Positions 21,293 through 29,222 of a DNA stretch of 64,000 nucleotides are shown here, piece by piece. Under the pieces are notes generated by a model. It searched no databases. It saw nothing but the letters and a program-made list of their open reading frames with translations, and was not told where the DNA came from. The DNA lies in the NCBI GenBank assembly GCA_024400295.1, contig JAKSNA010000002.1:31707-95706 (forward strand), written 5' to 3'. The position numbers and the translations under genes were made by a program. The stretch is from Bacteroidales bacterium. GTDB taxonomy: Bacteria > Bacteroidota > Bacteroidia > Bacteroidales > F082. Numbering within the stretch: position 1 is the first letter of the stretch; every line of letters starts with the position of its first letter.

Positions 21293-21300
21293 TAATTTTG
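21293..21300 (+). promoter_or_regulatory. -7 promoter box heading the 270-nt leader of the 21569/22067 genes
   Basis: TAATTTTG; the next long ORF starts 269 nt downstream. Confidence 0.45.
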
Positions 21301-21384
21301 CCGCCCGTATGGAAAATGCGTTTGATAAATACCGGACACAGTGTCTTCCGGCGCGTGAGACCGCGCCGTCGGACTTGAGTATTA

Positions 21385-21392
21385 CCCCCCCC
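21385..21392 (+). repeat. Poly-C tract (C8) in the leader of the surface-protein genes
   Basis: ATTACCCCCCCCTATAC. Confidence 0.9.
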
Positions 21393-21552
21393 TATACAAG
21401 TCGTTAATAATCAATCAATTAGATTTTTCGAGGCGGAAATATGCGCCGTCAGTCAGTGACTGTCGGCCTTTCGGCGTTTCCATGCGCCGGCACCTGAATA
21501 CCTGAAACACCTGAATACCTGAAAACAATTGAATATAATAACTAACTAACAG

Positions 21553-21560
21553 AAAGGAGG
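21553..21560 (+). promoter_or_regulatory. Canonical Shine-Dalgarno sequence (rare in this window)
   Basis: AAAGGAGG, 8 nt before ATG 21569. Confidence 0.6.
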
Positions 21561-21568
21561 AAAACTGG

Positions 21569-21937
21569 ATGAAGATCAAGATGAAATCCAAAAAGATGAG
21601 AGGCGTGATGTCGGCTGCGGCTTTGCTGCTCGCGCTGACACTCCCGCCGGCGGCCCACGGTCAGTCGGACGGCTTCTTCAACAACGCTGACGGCGTGCGC
21701 AACGGCAACAACGTCAGCTGGAACGACATCAACAGCTTCGGCAACGGCGTGAGCTGGAACGGCGTGAGCTTCGGCGGCAACGGCGGCAGCTGGAACGACG
21801 TGAACGGCGACGGCGACGGCGCCGCATGGAACGGCATGGAGGACGAGACGCCGGTGGGCGGCGGCCTGCTCGTGCTGACGGCGGCCGGCGTGTGCTACGC
21901 CGCGGCGAGAGTCAAAAGATTAAAGATTAAAGAGTAA
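21569..21937 (+). CDS. Secreted Gly/Asn/Trp-repeat protein with C-terminal GGG-TM-basic sorting-signal-like tail
   Basis: Signal peptide ...ALTLPPAAHGQ; four x(S/A)WN(D/G) repeats; tail ETPVGGGLLVLTAAGVCYAAARVKRLKIKE; strong GGAGG 8 nt upstream of ATG. Confidence 0.6.
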   Translation: MKIKMKSKKMRGVMSAAALLLALTLPPAAHGQSDGFFNNADGVRNGNNVSWNDINSFGNGVSWNGVSFGGNGGSWNDVNGDGDGAAWNGMEDETPVGGGLLVLTAAGVCYAAARVKRLKIKE

Positions 21938-21985
21938 AGATTAAAGATTAAAGAGGAGAGATTAAAGATTAGGGAAAGATTGTAG

Positions 21986-22005
21986 AGACGCACCGCCGTG
22001 CGTCT
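21986..22005 (+). terminator. Hairpin between the repeat-protein gene and the lipoprotein gene
   Basis: AGACGCAC-CGCC-GTGCGTCT, 8-bp perfect stem, preceded by a 51-nt C-free run; no U-tract. Confidence 0.4.
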
Positions 22006-22066
22006 GAAAAGTCAAAAGATTCAAAGAAAAATTCAAAAATTAAAAGGTTAAACAAATTAAAATCCA

Positions 22067-23551
22067 ATGAAAATGAGAAAAGCATTATTAATCATGGCGG
22101 CTGCGCTGATGACGATGACGCAGTGCAGGAAGCAGGAGACGATGCCGGTGACACCATCGGCAAACACAATCAAGATGACGGTAACGGCCGGTTCTGGCGC
22201 GAAGACCGACATCAACACGGAGACGGGCGCGATAACATGGAGCGCGGGCGACAAGCTCTACGTGAGCGACGGCACCAACTGGCTCGGCAGCCTCACCCTC
22301 GTCGGCAATGGCGGTAGCTCACAGGGCACGTTCACGGGAAACATAGCAGGCATTGACGAGACCGAGACGACCTGCCACTTCTTCTACCTCGGCAAAGGCA
22401 ACATCGCGACGACACCGACAGGCACCGCCGCCGCCAGCATCCCGCTCGCCTCACAGGACGGCACGCTCCGCGGCGAGAACGGCGCGATGAAATACCACAT
22501 GGGCTACGGCACGACCGACGTGACGGTGGAGAGCGGCGAGTACCAAGGCTACGTGATGATGAACACCAAGATCGCTATCGCGCACATCAACTTCACCACC
22601 GACGGCACGCAGCCCTACACGGGTTCGGTGACGATGGGCGGCACGGGCGTCAGCAACACCTTGTCGGTGAACCCTGACGGCACCTTCAGCGGCGACGGCA
22701 CGGACGGCATCACCATAGGCAATGGCGACGGCGAGAGCGGCGAGAGATACGTGACGCTCATCCCGACAGAGACGGCAGACGTGCTTAACGTTTCTTTCAC
22801 CGGCGACGCCACGGGGAGCATGACCTTCGCCAAGGGCATACACGAGAACAAGTTCTACGGCATGAAGGACGCGATAGCGGTGACGCTGGAGGCGGCTGCT
22901 CCGAAGTTCAGCGTGGGTGAGAACACCACTGTCGAGTTCTCGCCGGGCAACCTGTACTGGGACGGCAACGCGTTTCACTTTGAGACTAACCAGTGGGGAA
23001 CACAACCGACGTCTGACGGCGAATGGGTTTCAAACCACGTGAGCCATTTCTACTGGAGCATGGACGCTGCTGAGGCGACAAAGGATTATTTCAATTATGA
23101 ACAGTCCATGTCAACTGATGACGTGTTCTTCACGGAGGCCTCCGGTTTCCAGGTGAACGGCTACGAGGCTAATACTTGGCGCACACTCACGAACGACGAA
23201 TGGAACTACCTTTTGAACAGCCGCACTGGCGCCTCAAGCCTCCGTGCTTGGGTGACCCTTTCGAACGTCAGTGTGTCGGGACTCGTGCTTCTTCCCGACG
23301 GTTCAACGGCCACTGCCTCCGGCATTACTACGTCGTCAGCCTTAGCGGATGCTGGCGCTGTCTTCCTCCCTGCCGCAGGCCGCCGCTACGGTACGGGCGT
23401 GAGCTTTGTCGGCTCGTACGGCTACTACTGGTCGAGTACTCCCTACGAGGTCCTCGAGGACGGCGCGTACATCATGTACTTCAATTCGGGCAATGCGAAC
23501 ACGGACTGCGGCGGTCGGTACTACGGGTACGCTGTCCGCTTGGTTCGTTAG
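22067..23551 (+). CDS. Fimbrillin-like lipoprotein with C-terminal FISUMP/DUF1566-like lectin-fold domain
   Basis: Lipobox AAALMTMTQC; N-terminal GAITWSAGDKLYV fimbrillin-like pattern; C-terminal WRTLTNDEWNYLL...FLPAAGRRYG...GYYWSST...GYAVRLVR. Confidence 0.65.
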   Translation: MKMRKALLIMAAALMTMTQCRKQETMPVTPSANTIKMTVTAGSGAKTDINTETGAITWSAGDKLYVSDGTNWLGSLTLVGNGGSSQGTFTGNIAGIDETETTCHFFYLGKGNIATTPTGTAAASIPLASQDGTLRGENGAMKYHMGYGTTDVTVESGEYQGYVMMNTKIAIAHINFTTDGTQPYTGSVTMGGTGVSNTLSVNPDGTFSGDGTDGITIGNGDGESGERYVTLIPTETADVLNVSFTGDATGSMTFAKGIHENKFYGMKDAIAVTLEAAAPKFSVGENTTVEFSPGNLYWDGNAFHFETNQWGTQPTSDGEWVSNHVSHFYWSMDAAEATKDYFNYEQSMSTDDVFFTEASGFQVNGYEANTWRTLTNDEWNYLLNSRTGASSLRAWVTLSNVSVSGLVLLPDGSTATASGITTSSALADAGAVFLPAAGRRYGTGVSFVGSYGYYWSSTPYEVLEDGAYIMYFNSGNANTDCGGRYYGYAVRLVR

Positions 23552-23701
23552 TTGCCCGTTTGCGGAAGCTTACCCTTCACGTGCCGCAGCCAAGCGACGC
23601 GCGGAGGGTGGGAAGCACAGGGCGCCGGCGCTCGCGGAGCGAGCTACCAAGCCGGCGTCCGGCGCTTTCCACCGGCAAACCCACGGGCGTCAGCACCAAT
23701 A

Positions 23702-23724
23702 CCGCCGCAAGGCGTTTTTTTTTT
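23702..23724 (+). terminator. Possible intrinsic terminator (short GC stem + T10)
   Basis: CGCC-GCAA-GGCG followed by TTTTTTTTTT; the stem is only 4 bp. Confidence 0.4.
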
Positions 23725-23733
23725 GAAATTTAG

Positions 23734-23753
23734 AGACGGGGCATGCCCCGTCT
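23734..23753. repeat. Perfect 20-nt palindrome
   Basis: AGACGGGGCATGCCCCGTCT reads the same on both strands. Confidence 0.9.
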
Positions 23754-23759
23754 GTACGT

Positions 23760-23855
23760 CTGTTTATCAATATGGGTTTGCTCCACTCGCTGCGCCCGGT
23801 CGCGAGAAGAGGCTGTTTGTTAATATGAGTTTGCTCCACTCGCTGCGCTCGGTCG
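23760..23855 (+). repeat. Two tandem 43-nt direct repeats
   Basis: CTGTTTATCAATATGGGTTTGCTCCACTCGCTGCGCCCGGTCG versus CTGTTTGTTAATATGAGTTTGCTCCACTCGCTGCGCTCGGTCG, 10-nt spacer. Confidence 0.9.
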
Positions 23856-23883
23856 TAATGACGTTTTGCTTTTTAAATAATTG

Positions 23884-23928
23884 ATATTTAGTGTGTTGCG
23901 GCTTCGCTGCAACACACTAAATATTTTT
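23884..23928 (+). terminator. Intrinsic terminator-like hairpin
   Basis: ATATTTAGTGTGTTGC (23884-23899) pairs perfectly with GCAACACACTAAATAT (23909-23924), 9-nt loop, followed by TTTT. Confidence 0.6.
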
Positions 23929-24128
23929 GTTCCCCCAAACGACGCCGTCCTTGTGAGCGACCGCAGGGAGTCGAACAATCCCAATTTTTCCAGCTCTTAA
24001 CTTCACTCTCAACTCTCAACACTTAAAACTCTTTTAACTTTACTCTTTACTCTTTTAACTGAAAAAACTCCACTCTCCACTCTCCAAACTAAAGACTAAA
24101 GACTTTACAAACTTTACAAACTTTTTTG

Positions 24129-24136
24129 TATCTTTG
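24129..24136 (+). promoter_or_regulatory. -7 promoter box, AAA-ATPase/PDDEXK gene
   Basis: TATCTTTG, ATG 24 nt downstream. Confidence 0.55.
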
Positions 24137-24159
24137 CGCCCGAAAAAAAACATCGCGTT

Positions 24160-25716
24160 ATGAAATACCCAATCGGAACCCAGACATTCAGCACCATCAT
24201 CGAAGAAGGTATGGTGTATGTCGATAAGACAGACCTCGTTTACAACCTCGCGCAGAAACATGTATGCTTCTTGTGCCGTCCGCGCAGGTTCGGGAAATCA
24301 TTGCTAATATCAACGCTCGAAAGTTATTTCAAAGGTGAGAAAGAGCTTTTCAAAGGATTGAAAATTGAGGAATTGGAGAAAGACTGGACGCAATATCCGG
24401 TGTTTCACGTCGATTTCTCACAGGGCAATTTCAAGGAACCCAACTATATTCCCAGCACGATGGGCAATTATCTTGACCAATGGGAGGAGGAATACGGAGT
24501 CAGCAAAAAATATGAAGAGGTGGGCATCCGTTTCTCAAACGTCATAGCTGCGGCGCACGCGAAGACCGGCCGGAAGGTCGTAGTCCTTGTTGACGAATAC
24601 GACAAGCCTATGCTCGACGTGCTCATGGAGCCACAAGAACAGACGAACCGCGACGCGCTGAAGGAGATATACAGCACCTTCAAGAAAACCGACGAGCACC
24701 TACGCTTCGTGCTTCTCACGGGCGTCACCAAGTTCTCGCAGGTGAGCGTTTTCAGCGGTTTCAACCAGCCGGAGGACATCAGCATGGACAGCGGGTTCGA
24801 CGCGCTTTGCGGCATCACGAAGGACGAACTCGTTGAATATTTTGACAATGAGATAGAAGCGATGGCCGGGGAACTCGGATATTCCAAGGATGAGATGTAC
24901 GTCGAACTGAAGAAGTTCTACGACGGCTATCATTTCTCCAAAAAGATGCTTGACATCTTCAACCCGTACAGCGTTCTCAATGCATTGATGAAGAGGGAAC
25001 TGAACGACTACTGGTTCTCGACCGGCACGCCGACGTATCTCGTAAGGCTCATTGACCGCAACAAGACCGACATTCGTGACATTCTGAGCCGCCAGTATGA
25101 AAGCGGTTACTTCATGGACTACAAGGCCGACGTGGAAGACCCCCTGGCGATGATATACCAGAGCGGCTACCTGACAATCAAAGGCTACGAGAGAGTCGGC
25201 GGCACTTATTTCTACACCTTGGATTACCCGAATGTGGAGGTGAAGAAAGGCTTCGTCGCGTTGCTGGCCAACGACTATTTCAAGATGAACAACGTCCAGC
25301 AATCCCTCGCACTGACGATAAACAAGGCACTCATGCAAGGCCGCACAGACGACCTCCGCGACGAGCTGTCTTCATTCTTCGCCTCAATCCCCTACGACGC
25401 GAACTACCAGGAACGCGCGTGGAGCTACGAGAGCCACTATCATTACACTTTATACTTGATATTCAGGCTTTTATCCTGCTATACGACTTTAACGGAAAAA
25501 GCAAACTCGCGCGGAAGAGCCGACATCATTGTTGAGACTAACGACTACGTTTACATCTTTGAGTTCAAATTAGACGGCACGGCGGCAGAGGCGTTGAAGC
25601 AGATTGACGACAAAGGCTATGCCGAGCCTTACGCGGCTGATGCAAGGAAACTGTTTAAGGTCGGAGTGAGTTTTTCAAGCGAAAAGAAGAACATCGACGA
25701 GTGGGAGGTATTTTAG
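24160..25716 (+). CDS. AAA-ATPase-like (PF09820-type) protein with C-terminal PD-(D/E)XK nuclease domain (PDDEXK_9 / DUF1703 family)
   Basis: MKYPIGTQTFSTIIEEGMVYVDKTDLVYNL...CRPRRFGKSLL N-terminus typical of this multicopy Bacteroidales family; C-terminal RGRADIIVET..YIFEFKLD nuclease core. Confidence 0.8.
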   Translation: MKYPIGTQTFSTIIEEGMVYVDKTDLVYNLAQKHVCFLCRPRRFGKSLLISTLESYFKGEKELFKGLKIEELEKDWTQYPVFHVDFSQGNFKEPNYIPSTMGNYLDQWEEEYGVSKKYEEVGIRFSNVIAAAHAKTGRKVVVLVDEYDKPMLDVLMEPQEQTNRDALKEIYSTFKKTDEHLRFVLLTGVTKFSQVSVFSGFNQPEDISMDSGFDALCGITKDELVEYFDNEIEAMAGELGYSKDEMYVELKKFYDGYHFSKKMLDIFNPYSVLNALMKRELNDYWFSTGTPTYLVRLIDRNKTDIRDILSRQYESGYFMDYKADVEDPLAMIYQSGYLTIKGYERVGGTYFYTLDYPNVEVKKGFVALLANDYFKMNNVQQSLALTINKALMQGRTDDLRDELSSFFASIPYDANYQERAWSYESHYHYTLYLIFRLLSCYTTLTEKANSRGRADIIVETNDYVYIFEFKLDGTAAEALKQIDDKGYAEPYAADARKLFKVGVSFSSEKKNIDEWEVF

Positions 25717-25858
25717 TCTTTAGTTTTTAGTCTTTAGTTTTGGGAGTGGAGTTGGCTGTCGCATCAAAAAACTCCACTCTCCACTCTCAACACTCCAAAC
25801 TTTATAAAGTAGAAAGCGGCTGTTGCGCCCGGTTCCGTCCCATCCGCGAGACAGAAAT

Positions 25859-26707
25859 CTACTTACTTTTAGCTTTAAACTTCCCGTTGAACGCCATCAC
25901 CATTATCACAATTCCTGCAATCAGGAACGGAATGCTCAGCCATTGCCCCATGTCGAGCGTCATGGATTCCTCAAACTCAACCTGCGGCTGCTTGATGAAT
26001 TCAATCAGGATTCTTGAGCCGAAAATCATCACAAGGAAGAAACTGAAGAAGAAGCCCGGGTACTTGTTGACGGTGTCTTTCTTGAAAAACAGATACATCA
26101 GAATTGCGAAAACGATGATGCACACCAAGGCTTCGTATATCTGCGTCGGATGACATGCAGGGATGGCGTCGATCGGCGTCCCCGGTGCCCAGTCGCGGAC
26201 GAATTTGAACCCCCACGGGAGCGTTGTGGCGTTGCCGTAAATCTCTGAGTTCATGAGGTTGCCGGTGCGGATTAAGGCGCCGCCTATCGCCACGCAGATG
26301 ACGAGGCGGTCGAGGACCCAAAGATATGGCTTCTTGAGTTTCTTGGCGTAGATGAACATCCCGATAAGGATGCCGATTGCGCCGCCGTGACTCGCCAAAC
26401 CGCCTTCCCAGATGGCAAGGAATTTGACGGGATTGGAGAAATAATATTGCGGTTCGTAAAAGAGACAATGCCCGAGACGCGCACCTATGATGGTGAAAAT
26501 CAACATGTACATGAGGATCTTGTCGGCCCATTCCTCGCCGATGCCTTCTTTTTTGTAGATGCGTTTTATCAGGTAATAACCGACGATGAACACCATCGCC
26601 CAAAGCAGTCCGTACCATGCCACCGGATGCCCGCCTAACAGCGGGAATTTCTCCGGAAAAACGAAAATGTACGGGTTGACGTCCCAAACTATGTAACTTA
26701 AGCTCAT
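25859..26707 (-). CDS. lgt: Prolipoprotein diacylglyceryl transferase
   Basis: VAWYGLLWA, GARLGHCLFYEP, WEGGLASHGGAIG motifs; multi-TM. Confidence 0.92.
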   Translation of the reverse strand: MSLSYIVWDVNPYIFVFPEKFPLLGGHPVAWYGLLWAMVFIVGYYLIKRIYKKEGIGEEWADKILMYMLIFTIIGARLGHCLFYEPQYYFSNPVKFLAIWEGGLASHGGAIGILIGMFIYAKKLKKPYLWVLDRLVICVAIGGALIRTGNLMNSEIYGNATTLPWGFKFVRDWAPGTPIDAIPACHPTQIYEALVCIIVFAILMYLFFKKDTVNKYPGFFFSFFLVMIFGSRILIEFIKQPQVEFEESMTLDMGQWLSIPFLIAGIVIMVMAFNGKFKAKSK

Positions 26708-26768
26708 GATTTTTTTGTTTTGTGTGATTTTAAATGATATAACGCGGATGTCCGCTTAATCGTATAAA

Positions 26769-27848
26769 CTAAATCGTCTTGACCCAGCTTTCGATGAATC
26801 CGTTGATTTTCTCTTCATCATCTTTGAATTTCTCTCTCATCTTAATGTTTGGTACAGAGACTTTATCTAATTGAAAACCAGACTGTTTGCACCAGTTGAA
26901 GTAACCGAGCCTGCCCAAATGCACGCAGAGGTATTCTTGTTCGGTCTGGCCTGGTGTCGGGACGAGATATGCGTTTCTGTTGAGTCGCACGAGGTCCATC
27001 AGGGAGGAATAACCGCCGCGGCAGATGATGTTTTCCGAGCTGTTGATGAGTTCGACAAACATCTCGTCATCGACATGGTTGAACATGGAGACGTTTCCGG
27101 GGATGTTTCTTGGGAAGTCGTGGTGGTCGGGTTTGGCCCTGAGAATCAGAACGTTGTCTTTGATGTTGGCAGCCTGCTTCAGCACGATGTTTTCGAGTAT
27201 GGTACGCTGTGGCTCCGGACCCGACAGAATCACAAGGTATTTGTTGTCTTTGACTTCATCTTCCTGATTGTCAGAACCGAAACGGCTGAGCAAACCGATG
27301 TATGAAGTCTTGATTTTCAGGTTGTTTGGATGAGAGAGCCGCCCGGAAAGCGACAGTTTGTAGTCGCAGTCGGGAATCCATAGCTCGTCGTAATTGTTTA
27401 CGTAGCTGTGGTTAAACGTCTTTATAATAGGTGCTGCCCATTTCCAGCCGCTCGGGACCTGAATGTTCAGCTGATGCGAGATGAAGACGGAGTGGACCAA
27501 ATCGCTCCAGCAACCGAATCGGTTGTCGGAGATTATCGCGTCGATGCTGTAGTTTTTCACGATAGATTCAACGGTTTGATGGTCTTTCCTGAAATCGCGT
27601 ATGGCACCTGGAAAAGATGACAACATCTTGAGAACTTGTGAGTTGCCCTTGCTGTATGTCGGTCTGAACCCAGGAAATTTGATAAACTCCGCCTCCGGAA
27701 ACTCTTTTTGAAGAAATGCCAGAGGTTCGAGGTCGGCGGCAATGATTGCCTTGTGACCTTGCTCCGTCAGTGCCTTTATTATCGGGACGCACCGCGTAGC
27801 GTGACCAAGCCCCCAATCCAGAGGGCATATTAGAATGTTTTTACCCAA
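26769..27848 (-). CDS. GT-B glycosyltransferase (GT28/MGT-like)
   Basis: MGKNILICPLDWGLGHATRCVPIIKAL N-terminus, C-terminal GGYSSLMDL...PTPGQTEQEYL; TTG start 18 nt below a -7 box. Confidence 0.65.
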   Translation of the reverse strand: MGKNILICPLDWGLGHATRCVPIIKALTEQGHKAIIAADLEPLAFLQKEFPEAEFIKFPGFRPTYSKGNSQVLKMLSSFPGAIRDFRKDHQTVESIVKNYSIDAIISDNRFGCWSDLVHSVFISHQLNIQVPSGWKWAAPIIKTFNHSYVNNYDELWIPDCDYKLSLSGRLSHPNNLKIKTSYIGLLSRFGSDNQEDEVKDNKYLVILSGPEPQRTILENIVLKQAANIKDNVLILRAKPDHHDFPRNIPGNVSMFNHVDDEMFVELINSSENIICRGGYSSLMDLVRLNRNAYLVPTPGQTEQEYLCVHLGRLGYFNWCKQSGFQLDKVSVPNIKMREKFKDDEEKINGFIESWVKTI

Positions 27849-27865
27849 TTCGTTGTAAATTTTTG

Positions 27866-27873
27866 CAAAAGTA
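27866..27873 (-). promoter_or_regulatory. -7 promoter box, GT-B glycosyltransferase (lgt operon)
   Basis: TACTTTTG on minus strand, TTG start 18 nt downstream. Confidence 0.5.
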
Positions 27874-28064
27874 CTAAATAATTTGATAGGAATGTTTCAT
27901 CACGATAAATTTTGATGACAACTTTGAATTGTTAATGGAAAAACTAAAATGTTGTGGATTAATCATTTGTGAGATGTTTTTTTTGATTTGAATTGTTAAT
28001 AAAAATTTACACAAAAATTATCGTAAAAAATTGAAAATCAATATTGTATATTAAATTTTTTGTT

Positions 28065-28072
28065 TATTTTTG
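28065..28072 (+). promoter_or_regulatory. -7 promoter box, dprA (implies a leaderless or near-leaderless mRNA)
   Basis: TATTTTTG ends 5 nt before ATG 28077. Confidence 0.45.
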
Positions 28073-28076
28073 CGGC

Positions 28077-29186
28077 ATGGAAAGACAGAAAATTTATGAA
28101 ATTGCTCTTACGCTTGTGCCGGGGATTGGCGACGTGAATGGTAAGAAGTTGGTGGCCTACTGTGGGGGTGCGGAGGCGGTGTTTTGCGAAAGCAGGAAGT
28201 CGCTGATGCAGATCCCCGGCATCGGGGAGCAGACCGTGAACAGCATTGTCTCGCAGCGGACGTTGCTTAGGGCTGAAAGGGAGGCTGTTTTTATAGACAA
28301 AAATGATGTGAAACCGTTGTTTTATTTAGATGCGGATTATCCGAAACGCTTGCAGCATTGCCATGACAGCCCCATGATGCTATATTACAAAGGTTCAGCC
28401 GACTTGAATGCTCCGCGGTCTGTCGGCATCGTCGGGACGAGGAACATCACCGACTACGGCAAGGGTGTCATTGACAAGATTGTTGGGGAATTGAGTTCTG
28501 ATAATGTGTTGGTGGTCAGCGGATTGGCGTATGGTGTCGATACTATGGCGCATAAATCCGCGTTGAAATATAATCTTGCGACCGTTGGGGTGCTGGGACA
28601 CGGATTGCAAATAATATATCCAGCTGATAATTACAAACTTGCACATAATATGTTAGCGAGAGGAGGTATTCTGACAGAGTTTCTGAATGACACAAAACCG
28701 GACAGGGAGAATTTCCCGAAGCGCAACAGGATAGTTGCGGGCATGGTTGATTGCCTTATTGTCGTTGAGAGCGCATTGAAAGGAGGCGCCATGATAACGG
28801 CGGAGATCGCCAACTCGTACGACAGGGAGGTTTTCGCCATCCCCGGGCGGATGGGCGACATCTACAGCGAGGGCTGCAACAACCTCATCAAGACAAACAG
28901 GGCTGACCTGATGCTCTCAGCTGACGACCTGAGATATATCATGCGGTGGGACCACGATGCCAAGGTGACTCCGCGCCAGATGCGCCTGTTCCGCGATTTC
29001 AGCGAAGACGAGAAAAAGGTCATTGATGTCTTCGGCAGTGACACCACAGTCCACCTCGACCAGATCATCGTCGCCACCGAGCTGACTCCCACGAAGATAG
29101 CGTCAGTGCTGCTCTCGCTGGAGTTCGACGGCATCGTGACGGCACTTCCGGGAAAACGTTATCAAATTTGTGACGTCGTTAAATAA
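28077..29186 (+). CDS. dprA: DNA-processing protein DprA
   Basis: LTLVPGIGDV SAM-like domain, Rossmann core VVSGLAYGVDTMAH, VVES..KGGAMITA, C-terminal winged helix. ATG 28077; track start is TTG. Confidence 0.9.
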   Translation: MERQKIYEIALTLVPGIGDVNGKKLVAYCGGAEAVFCESRKSLMQIPGIGEQTVNSIVSQRTLLRAEREAVFIDKNDVKPLFYLDADYPKRLQHCHDSPMMLYYKGSADLNAPRSVGIVGTRNITDYGKGVIDKIVGELSSDNVLVVSGLAYGVDTMAHKSALKYNLATVGVLGHGLQIIYPADNYKLAHNMLARGGILTEFLNDTKPDRENFPKRNRIVAGMVDCLIVVESALKGGAMITAEIANSYDREVFAIPGRMGDIYSEGCNNLIKTNRADLMLSADDLRYIMRWDHDAKVTPRQMRLFRDFSEDEKKVIDVFGSDTTVHLDQIIVATELTPTKIASVLLSLEFDGIVTALPGKRYQICDVVK

Positions 29187-29193
29187 AATTCCG

Positions 29194-29201
29194 TACTTTT
29201 G
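29194..29201 (+). promoter_or_regulatory. -7 promoter box, rsgA
   Basis: TACTTTTG, ATG 22 nt downstream. Confidence 0.55.
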
Positions 29202-29222
29202 CATCCGCAAAACGAATGCAAC

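Noticed and set aside
21300-21490. Invertible promoter (inverted repeats around ATGGAAA at 21309 and 21479)
   Set aside because: The inverted match is only about 8-11 nt and imperfect. The only -7 box lies outside the segment, and there is no recombinase gene in the window.
22067-23551. Diversity-generating retroelement target (lectin-fold C-terminus ...GYYWSST...GYAVRLVR)
   Set aside because: There is no reverse transcriptase gene. I could not find a template-repeat copy of the 3' end (23400-23551) in the flanking 600 bp or elsewhere in the window.
23941-23990. tRNA-like 3' fragment (GGGATTGTTCGACTCCC on the minus strand) as a possible att site
   Set aside because: It does not fold into a proper T-arm/acceptor arrangement. 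It is better explained as a diverged inverted copy of the GCGACCG..GCAGCGAGTGGAGCAA repeat. No integrase is nearby.
27930-28000. Possible replication-origin signal (TGTGGATTA DnaA-box-like, duplicated TTTGAATTGTTAAT) in the AT-rich 27850-28076 spacer
   Set aside because: There is a single imperfect DnaA-box-like 9-mer and no dnaA/dnaN context. The spacer is adequately explained as a divergent promoter region.
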